From an uncultured Gammaproteobacteria bacterium (GTDB lineage Bacteria > Patescibacteriota > Patescibacteriia > Magasanikbacterales > UBA922), in assembly GCA_964522435.1 (NCBI GenBank), contig CAZFUL010000005.1:21568-85567 (forward strand): a stretch of DNA of 64,000 nucleotides. The letters run 5' to 3'. The notes under the pieces were generated by a model. It was not told where the DNA came from. It worked only from the letters and a program-made list of their open reading frames with translations, and did not search any database. A program made the position numbers and the translations under genes. Position 1 is the first letter of the stretch. Every line of letters starts with the position of its first letter. Shown in pieces: positions 47,545 to 57,274 of this stretch.

Positions 47545-47940
47545 TTATCGATTTAAATAGGTAATGGTTATTTGCAATATAGTGGCAAAGGTGCCCCAAA
47601 GGAGATAGGGGATATTTATATAGACCACCCAACGAGCACGTGGCCATATTGCATAAAACGCCCAAATGAGTGTGCCAACCACGAGCAGAATATCAACACA
47701 GGCCAAAAGGTTGTTTTTTAATACAAATTGAATTGGGGTAAACATGGCATTAAAAAACAGGTTTAACACAAATGGTAAGGCAATGCGCGAGGGAATTTTT
47801 TTTGTGATTGCTTGATAAAAAACAAAGCCAAATGAAATAACAATTAAGATATACAGTATGGTCCAGACCGGACCAAAAAGCCATGCGGGTGGTGCCCATA
47901 ACGGCTTTATGAGGTCGCTATAGTAGGTGAGTTCGTTCAT
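47545..47940 (-). CDS. TspO/MBR family protein
   Basis: LIKPLWAPPAWLFGPVWTILY, PYLLW..FA. Confidence 0.92.
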   Translation of the reverse strand: MNELTYYSDLIKPLWAPPAWLFGPVWTILYILIVISFGFVFYQAITKKIPSRIALPFVLNLFFNAMFTPIQFVLKNNLLACVDILLVVGTLIWAFYAIWPRARWVVYINIPYLLWGTFATILQITITYLNR

Positions 47941-48004
47941 AGGAGTGTTACATTACTAAAGCATCGATGAGAGAAATTGCTCGGGGAAAGAGTTTCTTGG
48001 CTAT

Positions 48005-48262
48005 TTACTGTTCCCAACTGTTTTTTTGTTCGCCGTATTCTTCGCAGCCAATTTCAGTACCCACGAAGCTTCCATCATCTTGGCAGGTATGCCAGTTACA
48101 GCCGTCGTAATATGATTCGTCTGGTTTATATGATACGTCATTATACATGCATACGTTATCATTATACGCAGGGGCTTTATCACCTAACATTGGTGTTGTT
48201 TGACAGCCCACTACTGTTGCTAAGCAACATAGCGAAAAACATAGTTGTAAAAATTTTTTCAT
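48005..48262 (-). CDS. Small lipoprotein with a pacifastin/VWC-like Cys domain
   Basis: Lipobox VVGC; CMYNDVSY..DESYYDGCNWHTCQDDGSFVGTEIGC. Confidence 0.65.
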   Translation of the reverse strand: MKKFLQLCFSLCCLATVVGCQTTPMLGDKAPAYNDNVCMYNDVSYKPDESYYDGCNWHTCQDDGSFVGTEIGCEEYGEQKNSWEQ

Positions 48263-48293
48263 AGGTAGAAAGCGTAGCATTGATTGTTATTTC

Positions 48294-48393
48294 GTACAAC
48301 GTTGGTGTATATGCGATGTTTGCCGTAGCGTAGCGGAAGAAAAATTTGGCTGAGCCACGAGCCGAGGGACGAACCTTTTATCGCGTGCTGTGC
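48294..48393 (-). mobile_element. Degenerate attC-like site after the ATP-grasp gene
   Basis: Minus strand GCACAGC ... GTTGTAC, near-complementary ends. Confidence 0.4.
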
Positions 48394-48460
48394 GAGGGTT
48401 CTTTTTGGCTTCCTTATTATATTATTTTTTGCCAAAAAGAAAGTGAAACGACCCCTTGAG

Positions 48461-49324
48461 TTATTTTGTGACAATTTTACCTTTTGATTTAGCAATTAAA
48501 AAATCTATCATTTGCCCTGAAATATCAATATTTGTTAAATGTTGAGTAGTTGGGAAATAACAAGGGAAATTTACTTCTGCAATATAGGGATTGTTTGTTT
48601 CTTCCTCAAAAAGTATATCCACTCCTCCAAAGTCTAAACCAATAGATTGTACAGCTTTTACGGCAATTTGCTGTACATTTTCTGGGAAAACCATCGCCTC
48701 TCTCATTCTTTCTTGATTACTGCCTACATTCGACCTAAAATCTTTATTGCAGTAATTCAAATGACTTGCAATTACCTTATCTCCAAGAACAATTAATCTT
48801 CCTTGTTTTTTATGTTTAATAAATTTACGCAAAATAATATTTTTTGAGGTTGTTTTTAAATAGTCACTAAATGATTTAAGGGATTCAATCGAATCAATTT
48901 TAATAACTCCAACACCATGACTTCCTCCAGTAATTTTAATTATTAGAGGAAATCCTCCAACAAAATTTACATAATTATCTATTTGATCAAAATTACTAAA
49001 GAAATCAGGTATGGTTTGAATAATCGGAAGACCACTCGCTCTGTTAGAAAAAAAACTTGATGATCTATCATTTAATAAGTAAAAATTATCCTTATAAAAA
49101 GTTGTTGAATTACCCGCAATCCACTTTTCGATTACTCTACTTTTAGTTCCAGGTGTTGCTCTATAGAGAATTGAATCCTCTTCTATATAAGAATTTATAT
49201 AGTTAAATTCTTCTGGAATGATTTTTATAAAATCAATATTTTTATTTATACAAGATTCCTCTAATAGTGCATATCTTTTTTGACTATCTTCGTTATCTTT
49301 TTCAATAATACAATAGAACTTCAT
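48461..49324 (-). CDS. RimK-like ATP-grasp ligase (AT-rich, cassette-like)
   Basis: FPLIIK..GGSHGVGV, DFRSN, FGGVD, AEVN. Confidence 0.85.
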   Translation of the reverse strand: MKFYCIIEKDNEDSQKRYALLEESCINKNIDFIKIIPEEFNYINSYIEEDSILYRATPGTKSRVIEKWIAGNSTTFYKDNFYLLNDRSSSFFSNRASGLPIIQTIPDFFSNFDQIDNYVNFVGGFPLIIKITGGSHGVGVIKIDSIESLKSFSDYLKTTSKNIILRKFIKHKKQGRLIVLGDKVIASHLNYCNKDFRSNVGSNQERMREAMVFPENVQQIAVKAVQSIGLDFGGVDILFEEETNNPYIAEVNFPCYFPTTQHLTNIDISGQMIDFLIAKSKGKIVTK

Positions 49325-49406
49325 AGTTTTATCATTAAATAATAAAAATTGTCACAAAATAATTTCACATAAGGTTCGGGCGTGTCTGTTTTTTGCTGAC
49401 TCTATA

Positions 49407-49553
49407 CTATCCCAAAGCGCTAGAGCGTGCAAGTATGCACGTAGCAACAGGAAGTAGCTCTTCGGCGATAGATTTTGTGATACGACCTGGGCCACAACCA
49501 AGGTCTAGAACGCGAAATTCATGATTTAATGTTTCTTGAATTTTCTCACGGAT
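49407..49553 (-). pseudogene. Fragment of a class I SAM methyltransferase
   Basis: Manual translation IREKIQETLNHEFRVLDLGCGPGRITKSIAEELLP; no start codon; begins at the attC GTT. Confidence 0.6.
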
Positions 49554-49681
49554 AACGGTTTGGCGCTTGGCGAAGAAGCGGATTTCGATGCACTAAACTG
49601 TCTGCCAGCACTGAACTTGATACGAAGCACAAAGCTTCATTTAAGCACTGTACCCGCTTTTTTGCCAAACGCCTGTTAGCA
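49550..49681 (-). mobile_element. attC-like integron recombination site
   Basis: Minus strand TGCTAAC AGGCGTTTGGCAAAAAAGCGG ... CCGCTTCTTCGCCAAGCGCCAAACC GTTATCC, 18 nt after the TIR stop. Confidence 0.7.
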
Positions 49682-49699
49682 GTATGTGCTTTCATTTTT

Positions 49700-50370
49700 C
49701 TAAAATTTACAATTGCCATCTGTCCAAATAGCACTTAAGGATTCAAGCGGAACAATACTACAATCATAAAATGTACCTGTTGTGGTAAATTTAGTGTCAC
49801 CGTTACGTCTAAATTCTAGAAGTCTTTTTGGTGTTAGAAATTCCATTAATTCTAGAAAGAAGTTTATGTCTGTTTCGGTTAAGTCAATTTGAATTGTTTG
49901 ACCACGTTTTAAAGCAGGTATTAATTGATTGTGATAATTATTAATTTTTTCTAGATGACGGTTTAATTCGTCCCAATAAGTATATTTTGTTTCAAGTTCC
50001 TTTACAGTTTGTGTAAAGTTTGAAAAGTCAATGTCAGGGGTCTTTGAACCAAGTGCTTGGGCTAAGACTGGGAATAATAGTTTTAAACTTGAAACTTCAC
50101 TTGCAGTTGCTGCTTGTAAAAAATTTAACGGCATTGGTAGTTTGGATGGAGTCATCCCAGAATGGCAGAAGGGAATAACAGGAATGTCTCTAATCCAACC
50201 TGCACCAGCTTCAAAGTTTATCCACGGTCTTGTTATTGATTTTGGACTGCACAAGATAATTTCAATCGCGCAAGTCTTGAGTGATTGAGTAATATTGTCC
50301 AACCATTTTTGTCCATATGGTTTGTCTTTAAGCATTACTGCTAACTCGCTCTTATCCGAAATGTTTTCGT
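49700..50370 (-). pseudogene. TIR-domain gene cassette, N-terminally degraded
   Basis: GQKWLD..ILCSPKSITRPWINFEAGA..IPVIP; upstream ISDKSELAVMLK joins G.KW without the usual second strand. Confidence 0.65.
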
Positions 50371-50621
50371 ATAAACAGCAATATACTGCCTTATTAGGCT
50401 ATGTGTGTATCTGTATAGGATAAATATATATTCATCATAATCTAAATAAGGGGGGTATGCAATATTCCATTAATCAGCTCGAATATGATTGATTCCTCTC
50501 GGATATTCCGCTACACTAGCTCTATTATGATGATATATACCTATTATGTACCCATTGCCGCGCCACCGCCGTTTTTGATTGATGTATAAGGGCGGTATTA
50601 TGTTTAATAATATAGTATTCT

Positions 50622-51353
50622 ATGTCAGGACATTCAAAATGGCACAATATACAAGGCCGCAAAGGCAAAGCAGATAAAGCAAAAAGTGGGCAATTTACGC
50701 GTGCGTCACGCATGATTACGGTTGCCACAAGAGAAGGTGGGGCTGATCCAGAAACAAATTTTTCGTTGCGTTTAGCAATTACCAAAGCAAAAGAAGTAAA
50801 CATGCCCAAAGACACGATTGAGCGGGCAATAAAAAAAGGCAGTGGTGAGCTAAAAGACGGCGAACAATTAGAAACATTATTATATGAAGGCTTTGGTCCA
50901 GGCGGTGTTGCCATATTAATTGATGTCTTAACAGATAATCGGAATCGTTCAGCATCAGATATTAAGCATATGGTCTCCAAACTCGGGGGCACGCTTGGTG
51001 CTCCTGGGAGTGTACAATGGCAGTTTGAAAAACGAGCGGTTATTCGTATTACGGCAGAAGTAAAACAACAGGTAGCGTCTTGGGACAGTGCTGAACTGGC
51101 GTTTATGGATGCTGGGGTATTGGATATTCAAGAATCTCAAGAAGGGGTGGTATTATTGGCAGAGCAACACGACTTTGCTCGTGTGGTTCATGCCGCCGAA
51201 AAGTTGAACATTCCGTTATCAGAATCCGGTATTGAGTGGCTACCAAAAGATACCCTGACGATAGATGACGCATCTCGTGCCGCACTCGATACATTTATGG
51301 ATACGCTCTACGATATGGATGATGTGAATACGGTCTATACCAATGCTGAATAA
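50622..51353 (+). CDS. yebC: YebC/PmpR family protein
   Basis: MSGHSKWHNI, YEGFGPGG, TDNRNR. Confidence 0.95.
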   Translation: MSGHSKWHNIQGRKGKADKAKSGQFTRASRMITVATREGGADPETNFSLRLAITKAKEVNMPKDTIERAIKKGSGELKDGEQLETLLYEGFGPGGVAILIDVLTDNRNRSASDIKHMVSKLGGTLGAPGSVQWQFEKRAVIRITAEVKQQVASWDSAELAFMDAGVLDIQESQEGVVLLAEQHDFARVVHAAEKLNIPLSESGIEWLPKDTLTIDDASRAALDTFMDTLYDMDDVNTVYTNAE

Positions 51354-51364
51354 TAACCGCGTAT

Positions 51365-51850
51365 ATGGCAACAACGCCAATAACAATTTTAGGTATTGAT
51401 CCGGGATATGGTCGTATTGGCTGGGGAGTAATTGAAGGAGCTCGCAATACCTGGGTGCATAAAGCCCATGGTTGTATTATGACTGACCCAAAACAATCGC
51501 TATCTGAGCGGCTCTGCGTTATTCAAGAAGATTTGCAAGAAATCATTACACGCTATAGCCCGCAAGTAGCAGGGGTAGAGTCCTTGTTTTTTAAAAAAAA
51601 TGTCACGACCGCATTACAAGTTGCGCATGCCCGTGGGGTTATGTTAGTGCTGTTGCAGCAACAGGGAATTATCCTGCATGAAATCACTCCCTTGCAGGTA
51701 AAGCAGTCAATTACTGGTTATGGCAAAGCAGATAAACTTCAGGTACAGCATATGGTGTCCTTGTTATTGGGATTAAAAGAACGGCGCTTTCAGGATGACG
51801 CTGCGGATGCCTTGGCAGTTGCGTTTGCTACTACTGCGTTTATTAGGTAG
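51365..51850 (+). CDS. ruvC: Holliday junction resolvase RuvC
   Basis: ILGIDPG, ESLFF, GYGKADK, DDAADALAVA. Confidence 0.95.
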   Translation: MATTPITILGIDPGYGRIGWGVIEGARNTWVHKAHGCIMTDPKQSLSERLCVIQEDLQEIITRYSPQVAGVESLFFKKNVTTALQVAHARGVMLVLLQQQGIILHEITPLQVKQSITGYGKADKLQVQHMVSLLLGLKERRFQDDAADALAVAFATTAFIR

Positions 51851-52010
51851 TAGTAGGTAATGATTGTATCGTACAAAAATTATTTAAAGATAGTGGTGAA
51901 GTAAGTTCTTAACAGAATTTTTTTCCCTTCTTTCACCCACAATATACATTGAGAAGGAAAGAAGGGGATGCGAGCTCAACCCAGAGGGAACTCGCGAATA
52001 GAGGGAGGTT

Positions 52011-52301
52011 TTACTCTATGTCAGTCTCCTTGAAAAAATGCTCTTTAAGGTGTGCGATGATTGCCTCCAGGTGATGTTGGTGGAGCATATAGTGATACCC
52101 CCCTGTGATGTCCTCAAGCAGTTGCACAGCAGCTGCAATGTAGGCTTTTTGCAGCTCTGTTCGCCCCGGCCCTGGCCATACAGATTCCAGAAAAATGATA
52201 AGCGTTTGTACAATCGGGATTGGGCTGTACTGTTCGAGCCCTTGTCGCTTGTTGTTATCATAGATCCAATTATGGAGTTGGGTGTATTCTTGGCTATGCA
52301 T
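52011..52301 (-). CDS. Hypothetical protein (ORFan)
   Basis: SD AGGAG; TTGACA upstream on the minus strand. Confidence 0.6.
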   Translation of the reverse strand: MHSQEYTQLHNWIYDNNKRQGLEQYSPIPIVQTLIIFLESVWPGPGRTELQKAYIAAAVQLLEDITGGYHYMLHQHHLEAIIAHLKEHFFKETDIE

Positions 52302-52498
52302 GTTGTCTCCTGTACGATGTAGATCGAATGTATAGTAGCGGGTATAGTCTTGTCAAGAGTAATCTCGCCTATTGCCTATGATTGACAAATTGAATGAGTC
52401 ATGATAGTATGAACAGGTCATTAATTCTTCCCAAATACCATTGGGAGCGGACGCGGCAGGACATGCCCGGCTGATCGCCCGTTGATATATATGCATGT

Positions 52499-52837
52499 AT
52501 GTTAAGTAAACAAAAAAAGAAGAACGTCATCAAAAAGTTTCAACAACATGAAGGTGACACCGGGTCTAGCGAAGTACAAATCGCTATCCTTTCAACCGAG
52601 ATTAATGAGTTGGTTGGGCATTTAAAAATGCACCACAAAGACCATTCATCACGCCGCGGGTTACTCCGAAAAGTTGGTGAACGTCGACGTTTATTGCGTT
52701 TCTTGAAAAAAGAAAACGCAGCATCATATGAATCATTGGTACAAAAACTCAAATTAAAACAAGCTAAACAATTTGAGACAAAAGAAGAAGCACCTATCGA
52801 TGAACCAGAAGATATCATCGAAGAAGTGATTGAATAA
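52499..52837 (+). CDS. rpsO: 30S ribosomal protein S15
   Basis: DTGSSEVQIA, HKDHSSRRGL; acidic C-terminal extension. Confidence 0.97.
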   Translation: MLSKQKKKNVIKKFQQHEGDTGSSEVQIAILSTEINELVGHLKMHHKDHSSRRGLLRKVGERRRLLRFLKKENAASYESLVQKLKLKQAKQFETKEEAPIDEPEDIIEEVIE

Positions 52838-52993
52838 CAAAAAAATCCCGACTCAGTCGGGGTTTTTTAATTAATAATGAATAACTTAAAATAACCACGC
52901 CTTGCCCGTCCTTAAAAAGGAGGGGAGGATCGCCTATTGTATTGTTTCTGTTTGACAATATAGCATTTTTGTGCTAGTATAAGCGTATCTTTT

Positions 52994-53542
52994 ATGCCAT
53001 CTTCTCAACAACTACCACTCAATCCTCTTAAACGACCAGACCAACGGGTTGGTATTTTTATTGATGTACAAAATTTATACTATAGTGCCAAGAATTTATT
53101 TGGAAAAAAAGTAAATTTTGGTCAAATTGTGAAAGAAGCCGTCGCTGGCCGTAAGTTAATTCGGGCGATTGCCTATGTGGTGCGCACCGAAACCAATGAA
53201 GAGCAACCGTTTATTGAAGCCTTGTATAATTCTGGTATTGAAACACGAGAAAAAGATTTACAAATCTATCATGGAGGTAACAAAAAAGCAGATTGGGATG
53301 TTGGCTTAACCGTTGATGCGATTCGCTTAGCCAGTAGTTTAGATGTGATTGTGCTTGTGTCTGGAGACGGTGATTATCTGCCATTGGTAGAATATTTGCA
53401 AAAAAGTAGTGGCAAACAAGTAGAATTAGTCTCATTTCGCGAAACCACCTCTAGCCGTTTGTTAGAAGAAGTGGATGATTTTATGGACGTGAGCGATGAT
53501 AGACGAAAATTTTTGATTCCGACAAAAAGAAGTAAAGCCTAA
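52994..53542 (+). CDS. NYN-domain (LabA/DUF88) protein
   Basis: FIDVQNLY, KADWDV, LVSGDGDY. Confidence 0.92.
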   Translation: MPSSQQLPLNPLKRPDQRVGIFIDVQNLYYSAKNLFGKKVNFGQIVKEAVAGRKLIRAIAYVVRTETNEEQPFIEALYNSGIETREKDLQIYHGGNKKADWDVGLTVDAIRLASSLDVIVLVSGDGDYLPLVEYLQKSSGKQVELVSFRETTSSRLLEEVDDFMDVSDDRRKFLIPTKRSKA

Positions 53543-53686
53543 GCGCCTGAGTTTTCTTTGTTATCTCAATTCCTTGAGTCAACGAAGAAAGCTCAGACAA
53601 CTGAGTATTATTAATCATCGTGGTCTTGAGCCATCTAGATCTTTCAAGAGATCTATCGTATCAAGATCACGGGTAACAACAGCTAT

Positions 53687-55963
53687 ATGTTGAACACCAA
53701 ACGTTGGTCTACCTCTTGGGGCGGCCGTGAACTTATTATCGAAACAGGACGCTATGCCTTATTAACGGATGCAAGCTGTACCGTGCAATACGGAGATACG
53801 GTTATTTTAGCAACCGTTGCGAAAAGTGATAGTATTCGCGAAGGCATGGATTATTTTCCCCTTACCGTGAGTTTTGAAGAAAAATTGTACGCTGCCGGAA
53901 AAATTAAAGGCAGCCGATTTATGAAACGAGAAGGACGTCCAAGTGATGAAGCGATTCTTACTGGCCGTTTGATTGATCGTGCTATCCGTCCATTATTTGA
54001 TGATAGTATCCGTCAAGAAGTGCAAGTGATTTTAACACCACTTTCAGTAGATGGTGAAAATGATGCGTCTATTACGGCATTGATTGCGGCGAGCGCTGCA
54101 CTGGCTATTTCAACGATTCCTTGGAAAGGTCCTATTGGCGCAGTGCGTGTTGGACAAACAGAAACAGGAGAATTTATTTTAAACGCGACCCTTGCAGAAT
54201 TAAAAGCAGGCGCGCTTGATTTAGTGGTTGCAGGAACACCAGAAAAATTAGTGATGGTAGAGTCTGGTGCAAAAGAAATTCCTGAACAAAAAATGATTGA
54301 CGCAATGATGTGGGGAGCAGAACAAACAAAACCGGTTATTGACTTGATTACCCGCATGCAGCAAGAGTTGGTTATTGTGAAAAAAGCACCAGAATCAGTG
54401 GTGAGTGAAGAACAAGCACAAGCAAATATGGCAGTGCGTGCGTTTGTGTCCTCTGTTGCGGACTCTATGATTTTTAATAGCGCAAAAATATCTCGTACCG
54501 AACGTAATACCATGGTTGCGGATATCAAAACTGCGGCAAAAGAAAAGTTGCTTGCGGATGGGATGGATGAAGCACTCGTGAGTAAAGCACTTGGACAAAT
54601 AAAATTATATGTAAGTGAAGAAGTGAGTAAACGTATTTTAGAAAAAAAACAACGTCTTGATGGCCGTTCAATGACAGATATTCGTGAATTGGTTATTGAT
54701 GTAGACTTACTTCCTCGTGTGCATGGTTCTGCCATGTTTATGCGTGGAGATACCCAAGCCTTATCTATTGTTACTTTAGGGGCGCCAGGGGACGTACAAA
54801 CATTAGACACCATGGAAGAAGAAGGAACAAAACGCTATATGCATCACTATAATGATGCACCATATACCTATGGTGAAGCGGGGATGATGCGTGGTCCAGG
54901 ACGCCGTGCCATTGGGCACGGAGCACTTGCGGAACGAGCGATTGAACCAGTGTTACCGGATGAAGAAACTTTCCCATACGCGATTCGTGTGGTATCTGAA
55001 GTATTAGGATCAAACGGATCAAGTTCTATGGCTTCTACCTGTGGCTCTAGTTTGTCTTTAATGGCAGCTGGTGTACCCTTGCGTACTGCTGTTGCAGGAA
55101 TTGCTATGGGATTAGCGACAAATAGTAGTGGGCAATGGGAAGTGCTCACTGATTTACAAGATGTAGAAGATGGTCCAGGTGGAATGGATTTTAAAATTGC
55201 CGGAACAATGCAGGGGATTACTGCCATGCAAATGGATACCAAAACAGAAGGATTGTCTTGGGACATTGTGAAAAAAACCATTATCCAGTCATACGAAGCG
55301 CGTGTCCGTATTTTAAAAAGCATGACGGATGTGATTGCAGAACCTCGTGCAGATTTATCTCCATATGCGCCTCGTATTGAAACCATCCGTATTGATCCAG
55401 AAAAAATTGGTGATGTTATTGGACCTGGTGGAAAAACCATTAAAAAGATTATTGAAGAAACTGGTGTTAACATTGATATTGAACAAGATGGTCGTGTCAT
55501 GATTACCTCAAACGATGCTGAAGCAATGAAAAAAGCACGCGAATGGGTGGAATTACTCACTAAAGAAGTGCAAGCAGGAGAAGTGTACGAAGGAAAAGTA
55601 GTGCGCTTAGAAGATTTTGGTGCCTTCGTGAACTTAATTCCAGGAAAAGATGGTTTGGTCCATGTCAGTGAAGTTGCTTGGGCACGTACGAATAAACCGA
55701 GTGATGTATTAAAAATGGGTGATACCGTAAAAGTGGTGGTAAAAGAAATTGATAATTTAGGACGCGTGAATTTGTCTATCAAAGCGCTTTTACCAAAACC
55801 AGAAAACATGCCAGAACAATCGTTTTCTCCTCGTCCACCAAGAAGTAATACTGGTGGCGGTGGATCTCATTCACCTCGACCGTATCAAGATCGCGGTGGT
55901 GCTGCAAGTGGCGGCGGAGACGCAGCCCCTAAAAAAAGAGGATTCTTCCGTAGAGATTCATAA
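53687..55963 (+). CDS. pnp: Polyribonucleotide nucleotidyltransferase
   Basis: Two RNase PH domains, SNGSSSMAS, MDFKIAG, KH and S1 domains. Confidence 0.97.
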   Translation: MLNTKRWSTSWGGRELIIETGRYALLTDASCTVQYGDTVILATVAKSDSIREGMDYFPLTVSFEEKLYAAGKIKGSRFMKREGRPSDEAILTGRLIDRAIRPLFDDSIRQEVQVILTPLSVDGENDASITALIAASAALAISTIPWKGPIGAVRVGQTETGEFILNATLAELKAGALDLVVAGTPEKLVMVESGAKEIPEQKMIDAMMWGAEQTKPVIDLITRMQQELVIVKKAPESVVSEEQAQANMAVRAFVSSVADSMIFNSAKISRTERNTMVADIKTAAKEKLLADGMDEALVSKALGQIKLYVSEEVSKRILEKKQRLDGRSMTDIRELVIDVDLLPRVHGSAMFMRGDTQALSIVTLGAPGDVQTLDTMEEEGTKRYMHHYNDAPYTYGEAGMMRGPGRRAIGHGALAERAIEPVLPDEETFPYAIRVVSEVLGSNGSSSMASTCGSSLSLMAAGVPLRTAVAGIAMGLATNSSGQWEVLTDLQDVEDGPGGMDFKIAGTMQGITAMQMDTKTEGLSWDIVKKTIIQSYEARVRILKSMTDVIAEPRADLSPYAPRIETIRIDPEKIGDVIGPGGKTIKKIIEETGVNIDIEQDGRVMITSNDAEAMKKAREWVELLTKEVQAGEVYEGKVVRLEDFGAFVNLIPGKDGLVHVSEVAWARTNKPSDVLKMGDTVKVVVKEIDNLGRVNLSIKALLPKPENMPEQSFSPRPPRSNTGGGGSHSPRPYQDRGGAASGGGDAAPKKRGFFRRDS

Positions 55964-56017
55964 GTATAGATAAATAAAATCCGCTTCATCAGCGGATTTT
56001 TTTATTATTGTGCAGAG

Positions 56018-56057
56018 GTGCGGATCCCTTGGAGATACCTCTCCTTTGGATCCGCAC
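56018..56057 (-). repeat. Hairpin repeat A downstream of membrane paralog 1
   Basis: GTGCGGATCC..GGAGA..TCTCC..GGATCCGCAC. Confidence 0.8.
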
Positions 56058-56065
56058 ACTGCTGT

Positions 56066-56434
56066 TCAGTTTCCTTCGCTTTTTGGCATTTTTTTGTGCG
56101 ATGTTTCCCAACAAAACGTTGTTGTGAGAAGCAGGTACAGTGTGCTATGGATTGCACAGCTGCTAGAAGGCACATTGGGGAGTGCTGTGATGAACAAAAA
56201 CCGTTGAAGGTAGAGAAGCATGAGAAACGCAGCCAACGCTATTCCCATATACCATTCACGCGTTTTGTTTTTGATGGCGAGAACCAGCAATGCACCCATG
56301 ATGAAGTGCAGAATAGTGTCTACACTACGATGGAGTGCTCCCCATCGAATCCCCATCACCCGCCATTCAAAGAGAAACATCATGAATGTAACACTCATAA
56401 AAAGAAACACTGGGTGAACAGCGAACTTCCTCAT
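56066..56434 (-). CDS. Four-TM membrane protein (paralog 1)
   Basis: MRKFAVHP..TILHFIMGAL..QRFLF. Confidence 0.75.
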   Translation of the reverse strand: MRKFAVHPVFLFMSVTFMMFLFEWRVMGIRWGALHRSVDTILHFIMGALLVLAIKNKTREWYMGIALAAFLMLLYLQRFLFITALPNVPSSSCAIHSTLYLLLTTTFCWETSHKKMPKSEGN

Positions 56435-56590
56435 ATATCCCCCGTATGCAAGAGAAAGGTTTGGTATATATAAGCGCGAATAGACTAATTTGTCAATAAA
56501 TTCGGGTTAGATAGAAGTGTTTGAGTATATAAAAAACCCGATACTATCGGGGGGGTGAGTTCATAGAAAGTAACGATAGGGGGGCGGCAG

Positions 56591-56629
56591 GTGCGGATCC
56601 GGGGAGATGTGTCTCTTTTGGATCCGCAC
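56591..56629 (-). repeat. Hairpin repeat B downstream of membrane paralog 2
   Basis: GTGCGGATCC..GGAGA..TCTCT..GGATCCGCAC. Confidence 0.8.
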
Positions 56630-56639
56630 GAGTCGCTGT

Positions 56640-57026
56640 TCATCGGGTGATTGGGTTTTTTTGCTCCTGGCGCAAACCGGTTAACCACCAGAACACCATC
56701 CCAACCACAATGAACATCATCGTGTGGACGAGCGCCTGAGAGGCAGTAGCCTCTGGGAACACGCTGCTGAACAGGAAGCGTTGAAACGTCAGCAGCATGA
56801 TGATGACTGCAATCGCCATCACGCTGCGCCATTGCTCACGGTTGTTTTTCATCAGGAAGACGAACAATGCACCTACGATCAGGTGCAGAATCGTATTCAT
56901 GATCATGAGGAGGGTGTTGATTTTCCCCCAGTGAAGGCCGATCAGGTAGTGATCGATGGCATGGAAGAGTACTACTCCTGCGACCAGCAGCAGGGGAAAC
57001 AGGGGATGAACAACGATCTTTCTCAT
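56640..57026 (-). CDS. Four-TM membrane protein (paralog 2)
   Basis: SD GGAGG; MRKIVVHP..TILHLIVGAL..QRFLF. Confidence 0.75.
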   Translation of the reverse strand: MRKIVVHPLFPLLLVAGVVLFHAIDHYLIGLHWGKINTLLMIMNTILHLIVGALFVFLMKNNREQWRSVMAIAVIIMLLTFQRFLFSSVFPEATASQALVHTMMFIVVGMVFWWLTGLRQEQKNPITR

Positions 57027-57129
57027 AGAAGCCTCCATTTCGCTGAGAGAAAGTAGGAGTATATAAACTCAAAAAGAAGGAACTGTCAATCATGTATCAT
57101 GTTGTGATATAGAAAACAATAGATCCTTT

Positions 57130-57242
57130 TGTCATTCCGAGCGGAGCCCGCAGGGCATAGTCGAGGAATCTTTAATAGATGGTTTGTTATATAAAGAATA
57201 TATTATAGATCCCTCGACTCCCTTTGGTCGCTCGGGATGACA
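57130..57242. repeat. REP/MITE-like inverted repeat
   Basis: TGTCATTCCGAGCG...AGTCGAGGAATCT / AGATCCCTCGACT...CGCTCGGGATGACA; possible half copy near 38550-38586. Confidence 0.75.
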
Positions 57243-57274
57243 ATATAATTGATGTTAATTTATTAGTGGTAGAT

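Noticed and set aside
49546-49734. 62-aa ORF after the TIR gene
   Set aside because: It spans the attC-like palindrome and is probably spurious
52420-52485. Possible S15 autoregulatory leader
   Set aside because: GC-rich and plausible, but I cannot match it to a defined motif by eye
54013-55809. Long antisense ORFs within pnp
   Set aside because: Shadow frames of a conserved gene
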